Assembly: GCA_047967505.1 (NCBI GenBank)
Contig: CM106538.1
Direction: 5' to 3' (one strand)
Source of the DNA: Dipteris shenzhenensis
Lineage: Eukaryota
Length of the DNA stretch: 64,000 nucleotides
Below the pieces are notes generated by a model that was given only the letters and a program-made list of their open reading frames with translations, was not told where the DNA came from and ran no database searches. Position numbers and translations under genes: made by a program. Positions 37,718-51,816 of this stretch are shown in pieces. Position 1 is the first letter of the stretch. Every line of letters begins with the position of its first letter.

Positions 37718-40700
37718 TGTGGGGGTTAAAGGTCACTGTGCCTTTACCTCGGTTATGTACAATACTCAAATACATATATAAATGAATGAAAAAGAAGATT
37801 AGGGTGGTTCTGCACCCACCAAAACTTGTGGCTCTCTGTCTGTCTCTCTGTCTCTCTCTCTCTCTCTCTCTCCTTCTTCCGTTCTTGCTTCCGTTGAGAG
37901 CACTCTCAGCTGGTATCAGAGCCCGGGTGATCTAGCTGAGCGTGCGTGAATGCCTGGAAGCTCAGCAGCTCTGTGAGAGGAAGGAGAAGCTCTGTGGGAA
38001 GCTTTGTGGGTGACTTTACTTGCATCCGAGTGTGTAGAGACCTTGGAGGAACCTTTGGAAAAGTCACTTTGGTTTTGCGAAGTGGTTTTGAGAGCTTGTT
38101 AAGTGTTTTCAAAGAAAAAGTCGTTTTTTGAGCTTTTCCCTGTTCCGTTCGATGACAGAGACTCTGTATTGACTTGTAGAGGCAACTATTGCTTGCTTTT
38201 GGTGTCCACTTCACTTCAGGAGCTTGGAAACACCTTCATTCTTGAATCTGGGATCATTTCATTGGATTTCTGACTCACTGTGTCAGTTTCTGCGTTTTTT
38301 CCCCTGGTGTTGGATATCAAGTTTGGAGCAACCATTTGCAGATCTGTCAGTTCTGGTGGACTCAGGAGGTCCTAAAACTTCTATGTTGCTCATCATTCGC
38401 ACTTTGGTGGAGTTTACAAATAGCTCTGTTTCCAAAAACGTTTTTTAGTCCGTGTGTTGGACCCAATGATTGAGACCACGGTTTCCAAAACCGTCTATAC
38501 CATTGCGTTTCGGACGCCCAAAAATCCCAACCTATTAGTTCTTGCGCGATTCGGTGGAGGATTTTCAGAGTTATAGATCTCTGTGTATTCGATTTCATCT
38601 CTCTGTTATGCATTTTTCATTCTAAGGTTTTGAAACCTTAGATTTATGCCACATGGCAGTGGATAAGTGTTGACTCCCATTTCTCACTCATCGGTTGGGA
38701 TTTTGGAGTTTCGGCAGAAGAGAGATATTTGCAGATTTTCTTGCTGAGTCCGATTATGCAATGGCGCCCATGTTTTGAGGCATCTCAGGTTCTATTTTCA
38801 GTAGCGGTCATTACCGTGGGACTATGATTTCTTGAGCATACCTTATGCAGATCACTCTGGTTGCAGTGTGCGCTCATTCGTGGTATGCATTGGGTTGCAG
38901 TGGATGATTTATAGGCCATTTGGATGCATTATGGTCCTTATTGGATGCGCTGATAGGCCCAAATTGCCTTGTGGGATGCTATTTTTTATGGACGCTTTGC
39001 ACATGGATGCTATTTTATGCTGAGGGACAGCTTTGACACATTGCAAGTGATGCACTGATAGTGCTATGCTCTCTTGGATGAGATATTATTGATGCATATG
39101 CCAGTGGACGGTGTTTATGCTTGAGTCATTTGGCACTTATTGGCATTTTCTTTTGGGCCAGATTTGCTCATATGGATGCATAGTATATGCACATGAGTCA
39201 GATGCATCTTTTGATGCTTTGAGCTTTGAGTTTTGGTAATATTTCACTCTATTGTGGCATACACATTTGGGTGCACCTGGTATTTGGTGTGATTCTCTCT
39301 TGCAGGCACTAGCATTTGGGATTTTGTTTCATTTGCATCATGGCATCCTCTTCCATGTCTGAAAAGGAGTTTTTCAGCATTAAAAAGATTGATGGGACAA
39401 ACTTTTCTTTGTGGAAAGAACAAATAAGGGATGTGCGTATTCAAAAGAAGCAGATTAAACCCTTGGTAGGGATTGAAGCTAAGCCTACAAATATGTCTGA
39501 GGATGATTGGAATGAGTTGGATGCATTAGCAAAGTCTACTATTAGACTTCATCTTGCAGAGTCAGTATATTTCATAGTAGTAAATGAGTAGACTACGGAA
39601 GATTTGTGGAAGAAACTGTGTGCCACTTATGAGAAGGAAACTGACTCTAATAAAGTTTACCTCATGAAGAGGTTGTTTGAGCTGCAGATGAAGGAAGGGG
39701 TCTCCATTGCTTCTCACTTGAATGAATTCAATATTATTTTCAGCCAGAGCTTCAGGCTCAGAAGATGAATTTTGATGCGGAGACTAAGGCAATATTTCTC
39801 TTATGTTCATTGCCATCCTCATGGGATACCTTCCGTACAGCTGTTAGTAACTCTGCACCTGGTGGAGTATTGAAATTTGATGATGTTGTGGGTAGCTTGT
39901 TGGCCGAGGAGATTAGACGGAAGTCTATGGATGGCAACAAGCAGGATGCAGCCTTAAATGTGCAAAGGGGCAGATCACAGTTCAAGGGGAAGTCCCAAGA
40001 AAGAGGGAAGTCTCGTAGCAAATCCAGGGCACGGAACATTGAGTGTTACCACTGTGGCAAGAAGGGCCATATGAAAAAGGATTGCTACAAGCTGGCAAAA
40101 GGATAAGAAAAAGAATGCAAATTGGGGTGCAAATCAAAAGGAAGAGAGTCCAAGGGAGGACAAAGGAAAAGTGAAGATCGAGGAGATCAATGCAGTCACA
40201 CATGATAGTGACAATGACGTTCTTTTCATGTCTAGTTTATCTGCAGAGTTGCTTACCACTTCAGATGATGCATATTCCCAGGATTGGATTTTGGATTCTG
40301 GTGCTTCATTCCATGTTACTCCCCATAGGGAATGGTTCTCCACTTATGACAGTGGAAAGACAGGTTGTGTGCATCTTGGAAATGACTATGCATGTGACAT
40401 AGTGGGAGCAGGTGACATAAAGTTTTCTTTTGCAAATGGGTCTGCATTTGTTTTGAAACATGTGAGACATGTGCCTAAGCTGACCAAGAGTCTTATTTCA
40501 GTGGGTCAGCTAGATGATGCTGGTTTTCACACCACTTATGGCTTTCAGAGTTGGAAAATTCAGAAGGGCTCTATGCTTTTGGCCAGGGGTGCCAAGTGTG
40601 GGACTTTGTATCCCTTACATGTATCAGGGGTATTTGATCATGTTGTTGCAATAACCGAGCAGCCAAGCACTTCTTTGTGGCATTGCAGGTTGGGGCACAT

Positions 40701-43629
40701 GAGCCAGACTGGAATGAAACTCTTATGCCATTTGGGTTATGTACCGCATTTGAGTTTCTCTGATTTTGAATTTTGTGAGCACTGTCTCTATGGGAAGCAG
40801 ACTAAATTAGCCCATAAAAGAAGGGGAAAGAAAGAGTTTGAAAAGCTTGATTTGGTGCATTCAGACGTATGTGGTCCCATGCCTACACGGTCATTAGGCG
40901 GGGCTGAATAGTATGTGACATTCATTGATGATGCAACTAGGAAAGTGTGGGCTTATGCTATAGCTCGGAAGAGTGATGTGTTCCAGGTATTTTAGAAATG
41001 GCTGGCCTTGGTTGAGAATCAGTCAGGTAGAATGCTTAAATGCCTCGGTGGAGAGTATCTCTCTCATGACTTTCAGCATTTCTGTGATACACGTGGGATT
41101 AAGAGGGAGCTCACATCCCCTCGTACTCCAGAGCAAAATCCAGTTGCAGAAAAGATGAACCGTACCATTCAAGAAAGGTTGCAATGCATGCTTTCCAATG
41201 CAAGTCTTTCTGGTGGTTTTTGGGCTGAGGCAATGAAGACTGCAGTACATGTGATCAATAGATCACCTAGTAAGAGTTTGGATGGTGGTATTCCTGAAGA
41301 GGCATGGAGTGGCAAGAAGCCCTCTTACTCTCATTTGCGTATATTTGGGTGTGAGGCATATGCACATGTGCCAAAAGAGCTTCGAAAGAAGCTAGATCCT
41401 AAGTCTTGGAAATGCATCTTTCTGGGTTATGGTGAAAGTGGAGAGATGGGCTATCGTCTCTGGGATCCAGAAGCAAAGAAGATCATACGCAGCCATGATG
41501 TAGTCTTCAATGAGAAGAAGATGCATAAGGCACCCATGAGGGATGTGGAAATGAGGAGAATCACTTTCCAAGATGTGAATCCACCTGCATATGTTGAGAG
41601 ACAGCAAGCTGTCCATGCACCAAATGTGCAAGAAATGGTACCACCAAGTACTCCCACAGGTATACAATCAAGGGTAGATGATGGATCATCTATTGGTGGA
41701 AATGATGAGCCAAATGTGGCTGATATGCAAGTGGGACAGCAAGCTGAAATGCCCTTGAGAAGATCATCTAGAGTGTCTAGACCACCTGATAGGTTTGTTC
41801 CAGGGGTAGACTATGTGATGCTTACTGATTGTGGGGAGCCTTCTTGCTACAGAGAGGCTATGATGCGCGAGGATCAACGCAAGTGGGAGTATGCTATGCA
41901 ATCAGAGATGAGTTCACTTATGAAGAATAAGACTTGGGACTTGGTTTCTTTGGCACATGGAAAGAAAGCATTGCCATGTAAATGGGTCTACAAAATGAAG
42001 GTCACAGGTGACGATGTGCCTAGGTACAAGGCCCGTTTGGTTGCTACTAAAGGGTTCAAGCAAGAGAAGGGTGTGAACTTTGATGAGATATTCTCTCCGG
42101 TTGTGAAGATGACCACACTTAGATGCATGCTTGGACTAGTGGCAGTAGAGGATATGGAGCTTATGCAGATGGATGTCAAGACAGCTTTCTTGCATGGGGA
42201 TTTGCATGAGGAAATTTACATGGTGCAGCCGGAAGGCTTTGAAGAAAAGGGCAAAGAGCATTTAGTTTGCAAGCTGAAGAAGAGTCTCTATGGTCTTAAG
42301 CAAGCGCCTAGAGAATGGTATCAGAAGTTTGATGCTTTCATTCGGTCCCAGGGTTTTAAAAGGAGTGAAATTGATCACTGCCTCTACACTAAAAGGGCTA
42401 AGGATAATAGCCTGATAATCCTCGCACTATATGTGGATGATATGCTATTGGCTAGTAAGAATACTTATGAGCTAGATGCATTAAAGGCCAAGTTGCATGA
42501 GGCCTTTGATATGAAGGATTTGGGACTTGCAGGTCATATTCTTGGTATGCGCATCACGCGTGATCGGAGTAGGAAACTCCTTTGGCTTTCACAAAAGAGT
42601 ATGTTACAAAAGTATTGCAGCGTTTCAATATGGAGGGGGGGAAGGCAGTGAGTACTCCATTGCCTCCATATGTGAAACTGAGTCATACAGATAGTCCCAA
42701 ATCAGATGAGGAAAGGGCCATGATGGCCAAGGTTCCTTATGCATCAACAGTTGGGAGTCTTATGTATGCTATGATAGCTACTAGACCAGACATTGCATTT
42801 GCAATGGGAGTTGTTAGCCGGTATATGGCTAATCCAAGAAAGAGGCATTGGGAGGCAGTTAAGTGCATCATGAGGTACATGAAGGGTACCAAGGAGATGT
42901 GCATCTGCTTTGGTAAAGGAGACATGCGTGTACTTGGGTACACAGATTCAGACTATGCAGGGCATGTGGATAGTAGGAGATCCACTTCTGGTTATGTGTT
43001 CACCTTTGCAGGTGGTGCAGTGTCATGGATGTCTCGCACACAGAAGTGCGTTGCTTTGTCTACCACAGAGGCTGAGTATGTTGTTGCAGCCACAGAGGGT
43101 TACAAGGAGGCTATATGGCTTGATCGGCTAGTGGGAGATTTATGGATTCATACAGGTGTACCGACATTGCATAGTGATTCCATGAGTGCTATTCAGCTAG
43201 CACGGAATCCGGTCTTTCATGCAAAGACCAAACACATTGAGGTCAGGTACCATTTCATCAGGGAGGTACTTGAGGACAAGCGCATAGAGCTTGTCAAGGT
43301 TCATACATATGATAACCATGCAGATATGCTGACGAAGAGTCTACCTAGTCAGCAGTTTGAGTATTGTCATGTATTGATGGGCATTGGATAGTATGCTCAC
43401 TGGTTGTTCTCCCTTAAAGGCACATTGTCCTTTAAGTGGGAGGTTGTGGGGGTTAAAGGTCACTGTGCCTTTACCCCGGTTATGTACAATACTCAAATAC
43501 ATATATAAATGAATGAAAAAGAAGATTAGGGTGGTTCTGCACCCACCAAAACTTGTGGCTCTTTGTCTGTCTGTCTGTCTGTCTCTCTCTCTCCTTCTTC
43601 TGTTCTTGCTTTCGTTGAGAGCACTCTCA
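37718..43629 (+). mobile_element. Structurally full-length Ty1/copia LTR retrotransposon (5912 bp)
   Basis: LTRs at 37718-37908 and 43445-43629 (TG...CA; 4 C/T substitutions plus a microsatellite length change). PBS TGGTATCAGAGCC 37911-37923 (tRNA-iMet). PPT aagtgggaggt just before 43445. Perfect 5-bp TSD GAGCT (37713-37717 and 43630-43634). Confidence 0.97.
39340..43391 (+). pseudogene. Copia gag-pol polyprotein (gag, CCHC, PR, IN, RT, RNase H), disrupted
   Basis: MASSSMSEKE...; CYHCGKKGHMKKDC; WILDSGASFH; WHCRLGH; HSDVCGP; MDVKTAFLHG; SLYGLKQAPREW; LYVDDML; GYTDSDYAG; KTKHIEVRYHFIRE. Stops at 39589-91 and 40909-11, with several frameshifts. Confidence 0.95.
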
Positions 43630-44442
43630 GAGCTTGGACGAAAGTTTTCTGAGAGATTTTCACAGGTGTAAGAAAAACATGAACAGAGGAGGGAAAATGA
43701 CTAATCAAGAGTAGAATAGAGATAGTTTGAAACAAGGTGTTAGAAGATGGCGGGAATGCATTTTTTGAGTGCATGAAGGAGGTGAAACATTTTGGAAGAG
43801 AGAGAGTAGTGAGAGAGTTGGTTTGGAAATTCCTTGGATAACGGTAATTGAGGATGTACTCCTTTGGCTAGAACTGTAACCTTTTGCGAAATTGTAAAAA
43901 TATGATTCAAGTCCTATATCATTTGCTTAAAGCAATTTCTAAAATATTTTAAAAGTGTAAAAATTTGACTATAGTGTAATATAATTTGTTTTAAATATGT
44001 TTCAGGTATAAAATATTGACAAAATATACTTTAATTATTCTTGTAATTATTACCCAAAATCTTTTTTGAGATAATTCTATGCTTGTCATTGATGAGATTT
44101 CAATTCTAAACCATTCTAGGATAGGTTGGAGCTCGAGCAATCAAGTGAACATCAAACTGAAACACATATGTCTCCACAAGAGATACATGAAGAGAGTGAG
44201 GAATCAATGTCGATATACATGTTGATATAAGGATTAATGATTGATATTGATGTTTACATTGACTTCTATAAAGACAATTTTATCAACGCTTCCTTACCAA
44301 CATTTATATCCCTACCTAAATTAGTGCTTTCACTCTTTTACCAAAGAAAATATTTGTATTTTTTTCAAAATAACCATAGTAAATGATGCAAATGGTTATA
44401 GTGGTGATTGTGCAAGTGTGTGTGTGTGTGTCACACAGAGAG

Positions 44443-44496
<54 letters not shown>

Positions 44497-44677
44497 CTTG
44501 AATATCTTGTCGGTTTGACCACATGAAACATAGCGATGCACATGCAATTGGAAGCTACCTAGATTGGCACCTACCACCAAGGTTTGAGTCAAGGGTGGGA
44601 CATACATGATTGGAAATATAGGTCAAGGGTTGGACATATGTGATTAGAAATACACGTCAAGGGTGGGATAGGTATGA

Positions 44678-47600
44678 TGTTAGATATCAATGCTCCACTC
44701 TTGTGTAACTACGCGGGAACCAGCTAACTCTACTTGTAAGCCCCCCATATGAGGAGAAGGCATTTGAGTAGCTCGGTTATCCGGTAGGTCCTGGTTTGGA
44801 CACCAGATGGGGACCATGTGTGGCCTGATGGCTGGACGGCTTCAGATAGAGTTGGCACACTGCCAACTAGGCTACATGCAAGTGCGGGAAGGCATCCCTT
44901 GACTGACCGCACTGAGGGTAGATGGAGCATTTCCCGAGGCAGCCCGCTCTCGAGTTGCGAGGCCTGTTTGGAGCCTCAGATGATCCTGGATGGCTCTGGG
45001 CCAAACGGTCAGTTGCTCTGTTTTGTGCACCGGTTCTATCGTATGGTCGGTGGCCTACGACCCCCAGTCGACCGTTTTGGGCGGACTGGGTCGGTCACCC
45101 AATTGAGCCTAATCGACTACGACTGGTGGCTATATAAGAGCAAGCCCGTGAAGCCCATTTCATCACTGGCTACAACAGCCTTGATTCCTTAGCGTCCAGC
45201 CTCCGTCTTCTATTGTTTCCAGCTTGCCATCGAAGCTTCTTTCACAAGAGCGCATGGTTGGGAGGCAATGCCATCTATTGTATCAGTTCTACAGTAATCA
45301 AAATTTTGATTCTCCATACTATCTTGTTTTCTCTCTTGTGTACAAGATCCTGTTATCTGTTGAGCACAGATGTTGTATTATTTTCTTACATGGTATTAGA
45401 GCCTGGACTCTAGAAAGAAGATTTGGTAGTGTGTTTCTGTTTGCGAGCAAATTGTGAGAGATGGCCCAACACAAGACTGCGAATCCCACCGTTCGGCGAA
45501 AGCAGAAAGTTGGACGGCTCTAACTATCCACTCTAGAAGTTCAAGATGAAGACCATCCTAAGCGCATACGAGCTTTGGGACACTGCTACTGGGGTGGATG
45601 TGAGGTCGGTTGCGAGACCGGATCCAGCCAATGTAGGACAATAGATAGTACCAACTGCGTATGAGATTCTTGCATGGACAAGAAGAAATGCAGATGCACT
45701 GTGTTCTATTGTCTGCAGTGTTAGTGATTCCGTCATGGCGTTAAGTCAACATGTCACCACAGTGGAGGACGCATGGACGGTCTTGAAAAATCAGTACGAG
45801 ACCACAAATCAGACACGGATTCAGAATCTGGAGACTCAACTACGATTCAGAAGTTGTCGAAGCGACAGAGAAGTTCATCACCAGGGTGAAGAATCTGCGC
45901 GATTAGACTACGATTGGCATCACCATCACTAGCGAGAATCTAGCACAAAGGTGCATACGGATTCTCCCACCAAAGTACGATGGTCTTGTTACGGCGCTGA
46001 ATACGCAGAACAGAAATCCGCCCCTCAACTTTGAGGATTTCAGTGCGATGCTTCTGGAGGAGGAGATGCGTCAAAAGATGAGGACTGGAGAAGATTCGGC
46101 TTTTTGGATCGGATCAAAGAAAGGTAAGGTAAGGACTCTGGTAACCCATCTTCTTTTGATGATAAAAAGAGAAAGAAGAAGATCAAGTGCTTCTATTGTA
46201 ACAAGGCAGAGCACAAGCAGAATGAGTGCCGAAAGAAGATTGCAGATGAGAAGAACGAAGTAAAGAAAGAGTCCAGCAACAACGCGCAAGCAGTACCAGT
46301 AGAGTTGTTCGTCGCAATTGAGGAGATTTGCACGGAGGCAGTTCATGTACCTGTGGATGAACCGTGGATCATTGACAGTGGTGCATCGCACCACATGACT
46401 AGTCGGAAGGATTGGTATACCTCTCTACAGTCGGTAGGGAATGACATCCTGGTAGCAGTTGGTAATGATGCAAAATGTCCAGCAAAAGGAAAAGGTACGA
46501 TTGCTCTCAAGTCAGATGGAGTTGTAAAACAGTTGTCCGATGTTCTTTATGTGCCAGATATCAAGAGGAACTTGTTGTCCGTTTCTGCGATCATGAATCG
46601 AGACCTCAAAGTTCAATTCGATAAGAATGGCACACAGATTCTGGATCTTCAAGGGAAGGTCGTTGGTAAAGGTACACGACGCAACAAAATTTACGAACTC
46701 TCACCTTTCAGTGCTCGAGCCGATGTGAAGAACACTAAGCTGTGGCATGAGAGGTTTGGTCATTTAAACCTTAGTTCTTTGAAGGAGATGCATAAAAGTG
46801 GAATGATTACAGACCTACCAGAAATTTCAGATCTGCCCGATGTATGTGAAGCTTGCATGATGGGCAAGCAGCATCGGCATCCCTTTCCTAAAGAGGCCAG
46901 TAGGGCAAAGGCTCCTCTAGAGCTCGTTCACATGGACCTCTGCGGAAAGATGGAGACGGAAGCTTTGGGTGGCTCCTACTACTTCATGACGCTGATCGAC
47001 GACTACAGTAGAAGGATATGGATATACTTCCTGAAGACGAAAGACGAGGCTTTTAGTAGGTTCAAGGAATGGCATGTAATGGTCGAGAAAGAATCGGGGA
47101 GGAAGGTGAAGAAGCTCAGATCAGACAGAGGTGGAGAGTTCACATCGACTAAATTCGAAAGTTACAGCAAAAGTCACAGGATCAAGAGGCAGAAACCCCC
47201 GCCACATACATCACAGCAAAATGGAGTAGCAGAACGCAAGATGCGCGTCATCTATGAAATGGGCCAGAGTATGATGAAAGGGAAAGATTTGCTAAAGACT
47301 TTCTGGGCTGAAGCATGTAACACTGCAGTTTACATCCTGAATCGTAGCTACACGAAGGTTGTGAACGGGATGACTCCACTGCAAGCCTTTTCTGGTAAGA
47401 AACCTTTAGCTACACATTTCAGAGTTTTTGGATGTGACGTTTTGTGCATGTCCCTGATGCTACCAGGACCAAATGGGAACCGAAGAGCCGGAAGTGTATT
47501 TTCTTGGGCTACAGTGAAGAGGCGAAGGGTTACCGTCTCTATAACCCTGTTACCAAGAAGGTAATTGTAAGTCGCGATGTGGTCTTCTCAGAACAGCCGC

Positions 47601-47880
47601 ATCAATTGGAGGAGGATGCTTCCTTCCCAGACAACCAGGACCAGGATATCCATCCAGTACCACCACCAACAGTAGACCGAACTCCCCCAACGGTGCTTGG
47701 GAGGATTCAAGACAAAGAAGATGAAGAAGAGCCTGTAGAACCACAACGGCAACGGCCATTCCTGAAGTGGGTAAAGCAGCTTTTGGACGGCAGGGAAACC
47801 TCCAGCCATTGAGGAGGAACCATCTGAACACCGCTGGTCCAAGAGATTAGAGGAGCAAAGAAGGGCGCAGAATAAGGTGG
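44678..47880 (+). mobile_element. 3'-truncated Ty1/copia element of a second family (5' LTR, PBS, gag, PR, IN)
   Basis: LTR ends ...TTACA at 45390, followed by PBS TGGTATTAGAGCC at 45391. Gag ATG at 45461. WIIDSGASHHM, WHERFGH, CEACMMGKQ, LVHMDLCG, LRSDRGGEF, QNGVAER, CIFLGYS. No RT or 3' LTR. LTR start (TGTTAG at 44678) is tentative. Confidence 0.88.
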
Positions 47881-48753
47881 TAAACCACTCTAGCCCTCCA
47901 TTTAACTAGGTGGCACAATCTCTAAGTCCCCATTTAGAGGGTCTGTACAATAACATGGATAAAAATTACAAGAGCATAAATAATAACAATGATTTTATTT
48001 TTCCCATTTCAAAACCACAACCTTCACTAAGGCCTACCCATGCCAGGCCAAAAATTAGTACACTTTCCATTGACCCTTTTTTAAACTGAAAGTTGAAAAT
48101 ATTGGTGCACTTTCCATAGACCCTTTGCCCCCAGGGGAAAAAAAGGCGAGGTTGCTTGACATTTTAAAGGCACTGGCTTCTTGACTAGGGAACACAAAGG
48201 AGATAGTTTGAGTGGCCCCTAGTTGGCCTGCCATCGGAGGCCTTAGTGAAAGCTCGTCCCTTTTCAAAAGTAAAATTAATTTCTAGCATTTTTCAGATGT
48301 GTTTTTCTTTCAAATTCTTTGATTGGTTGGTGTGTTGACTTTAGAGCATCTCTTTCAAATTTGGGTTTGCTTTTTTAGAAGTGCATCCATTCCCTCTCTC
48401 TCCTCTTCCAAGTTTTTGTTAAATTTGGAAGTGCATTCATTGAACATTCCCTCTCTCTCCTCTTCCATTTCTCTCCATCTCTCACATTGGGCAAGATTCA
48501 CCTCTCTCTCTCTCTCTCTCTTCTCCTTCTTCTTTCTCTCTTCTTTTTCTCTCTCTTGGAGGGATGAATAAAATTCATCTTGTTTTTGCGAGTCAAGCTT
48601 GACTCATGCAAACTTCAAAGTCAAGCGCGTGAGGAACCATGTCCGAAATTGCTAGGGAAGGCCTTTAAAGTAGCATTTGCCTCATAAGATCACCGTCTCC
48701 CTTTGTAAATTGTTCATCCTCGCTCCAAATTCCTCACCACGCGGCCTTCGAGT

Positions 48754-49361
48754 ATGATCCTCATCTCTGCCACCGTCGTGATTCTGAGTTGCCTCCTCGC
48801 AGCACAAGGTCGAACAGCATTCGGCATACATTCGCATTTGGGTTCTGTAGATTTCTGTATTGAATTGTCTGGAAACAGCGGGGTTTTCTTTGTGCAAATG
48901 TTGTGTGTATACCCATCTCTCTTCTTAATCGTGCAGGGATCAAGCTCGCTGCCGAGAAGACGATGGTCCTGGTTGCAGCGAGCGATTGCACCGCCCAGAA
49001 CATTATCATACAGCAGAGAGACCTACAATTCGACCACCCGATGACTGCCGTCTCCGTGAAGCTCGATTGCTCTTGCGCCGCGACAAATGTGAGTGTAGTG
49101 TGCGAACCCACATGGCTGCAGGCTTACGTAGCTCCCGCAAACTTGACGGTTTTGCGCGGCGGTTCGTGCTTGCTCTTCCCGGGCAGAGTCATTCCTGCTC
49201 GCGGAAGCATGACTTTCGCATACGAGCATTCACCCCCACTGTATCTCTCGCCGGCCGACGCGTCCTTCTTCGACTGTTCAGGAGGGATTGAGGCTTTGCA
49301 GAGTGCACTCAGCCTTTTGCTGATCTCTCTCCTTGCTTGTTTGTTACATTTTCTTGTGTAA
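48754..49361 (+). CDS. TPD1-like (TAPETUM DETERMINANT 1 family) secreted Cys-rich protein with a hydrophobic C-terminal tail, 159 aa; exons 48754-48808 and 48937-49361
   Basis: Signal peptide MILISATVVILSCLLAAQG, then a phase-1 GT-AG intron (48809-48936). Six Cys in TPD1-like spacing (DCTAQNIIIQQ; V.V.LDCSC..TNVSVVC; CLLFPG..I.....TFAY; FDC). Ends SGGIEALQSALSLLLISLLACLLHFLV*. Open frame in a CpG-retaining region. Confidence 0.78.
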
Positions 49362-50899
49362 TCTTGGCCGATCGTTCAATTTGTGAACGTTGTTAGCTTA
49401 TCGGCGGCTGCCCAGGGGCTTGAAAGTTGACCCTTTCAACACAGCCCCCAAAAGTCAAACTTCTCTTAGATGACTGTCCTAAGGCAAAATGAGATCCTAC
49501 TTAAGGGGTTAATGATATGCTGAGAAAAGGTCTTCATGGGCAAAACTCATTTCCCTTGTTGCTAAATGCCATAATGACTTTTAAAAATGTGGCTTTTGTG
49601 TCGATTTCAACGCTCAAATGCTTCACAAATTCTTTTTCCCACACAAAACCACTAAGCTCAAGTGCCCACTGGATTTTTGGGGAAAAAATGACAGAAAAAT
49701 GTGGGGACCACTTGCCACCTTGGCATTGAATTTCCATTTCCCACAAAACTAGGCTCTACGTCCACGTATCTGACCACCTTTTTTGGCCCTACCAAAAGTC
49801 TATGGGAAGTGGGGGATTTTTTCACTAATATGGGCCGATGCCCTCTTATCCTTTTCTTTCAATCAAGCTGACCTAGTGATATGTTAGCGTTAATACTTTT
49901 TAAGCATTTAGGTGGTACTCTTACTTCCATTAAAAGTGAGGCCATAGTGCTTTTGCCACCTTGTTTAGTCTTGCTTTTACGTGGTTCATGTCACCTTTGA
50001 TGGTATCATCCATTACTTCATCATTGATCTTAGACCCATAGTTGAACTTCAATGTTTTTGGATAGAGTATCAAAACTATAACATAATGTAGTGAAAACCC
50101 TAGGAATTGGTCCTATCACTAAGACCTTAAATGTATAGAAAGGGTGGAACATATGTGGCTTCTCTATTGAAAAAAGGTAGAGCAAAGAAAAGGATCCTAG
50201 TTTGGGTTAGCATAAGAGGGGGTCTCTTGGAGTCTATAGAGGTTCTATTAGCAATAAATCTTGTATGGGAGCAAGGAAGTCTTACAAGGTTGTCCTCTGC
50301 CACCAAGACCTTAACATATAAGGAAAGGGTGTGACATGCATGATTTGTTACAAGAAAGTCATAGCGACGAAAAGGGACCAAGTTTGGGTTAACATAAGAC
50401 TCCGAGGGGGGTTTTGGGAGTCTATAGAGGTTCTATGAGCAACAAGTCTTATATGGAGCAAGTATTGAGATCGAGGACACATCAAGAAAAGACAAGAAAG
50501 ATGAAACCAAAATTATCTTTCTACCTAGGTTCCCAAAAACTCGCTAAATTTTGATTTTGTCCAAGGGAAAAAGAGTTTGGCATTAATAAAGAACTCAAAT
50601 TTTTTCTATTGTAGTTATATTTTACTAAAAACTTTACAAATTTATGTAAACATTCTCCAAGAATATGAAAGTTGAAAGTTGTTTGATTTCTTGCGAGAAA
50701 ATTTTTCGTGAACACAATACAAATTCTAAGTTCAAGCGAAGGTTTAGTGTTGCCTTGGAGTGGTCACTATGTAAAACACATGTAGGCACACATTTAGAAT
50801 ACCCCTATATATATATATATATATTTGCATAATCGTTTACCCCTCTTCCATACATAATTGTGTCCTACTTTTGTGCATAATGTAGTTATATTAGACAAG

Positions 50900-51764
50900 T
50901 TTAGTCAAGGTAGGCTTATGCAAGTTTAGTCCAAAACTATTACAATAGGCTTTTCAAGCATAGCAATGGGCCTCATACAATCATGATTTCCACCATCACC
51001 ATGATTATTACTTGCATCCTCACAATAGAAGTTTGAGAACATGTCTAATGAGGAAATTGAGAGTCTACTTAGTCAACCCTATGTACACATGTCCAACTAC
51101 CCTTTTTTAATCATTGTTTCAATCCCTTTGATCATCCAACACAATCAAGATGTATACATCTCTTGCACATGCAATGCATATTATGACATGTAGCAATTTA
51201 AGCAAGGTGAAGAGGTGGGGATTAGAATAGACCAAGTGACATTGAAGGGCGCAATTGCCTTATTGGATCTACAAGCTCATCCTTTTGAAAATGTTAATAT
51301 ATTAAAAAAAACTCAAAATTTATGTTTTTTAAAAACTTGGGTGTGTCTAGTTCGATATTATTTAATGTTAACAAAGCATCTGATCAATAATAATGATTTT
51401 GTAATAGTTCTTATATTTCAAATATTATGTTCAATTCATCATTTTGAAGTAAAGGTGTTTAGGATTTCTTTTAATTCACTCCTTTGAAAGAGTACTACGT
51501 TTTGGATGCCTTTACTTGTGTCATCAATATATTCAATCATTGGTACATAATAGGGGACTAGTACACTACCAAAGGGGCTTGCACATTCAAAATTTTTACC
51601 TAGTAATATGTGTGATTTAGATCCCAAGAAATGAGTTAAAGAAAAGAATCTTTACATAATAGAGAGTAGAGAGTAGTGACACATGAGGAACACATGAAAT
51701 GCAATGTGGAACAAGCTTGCTTGACACAATATACTGCAAACACAAAACACTACAAAGACAATGT

Positions 51765-51816
<52 letters not shown>

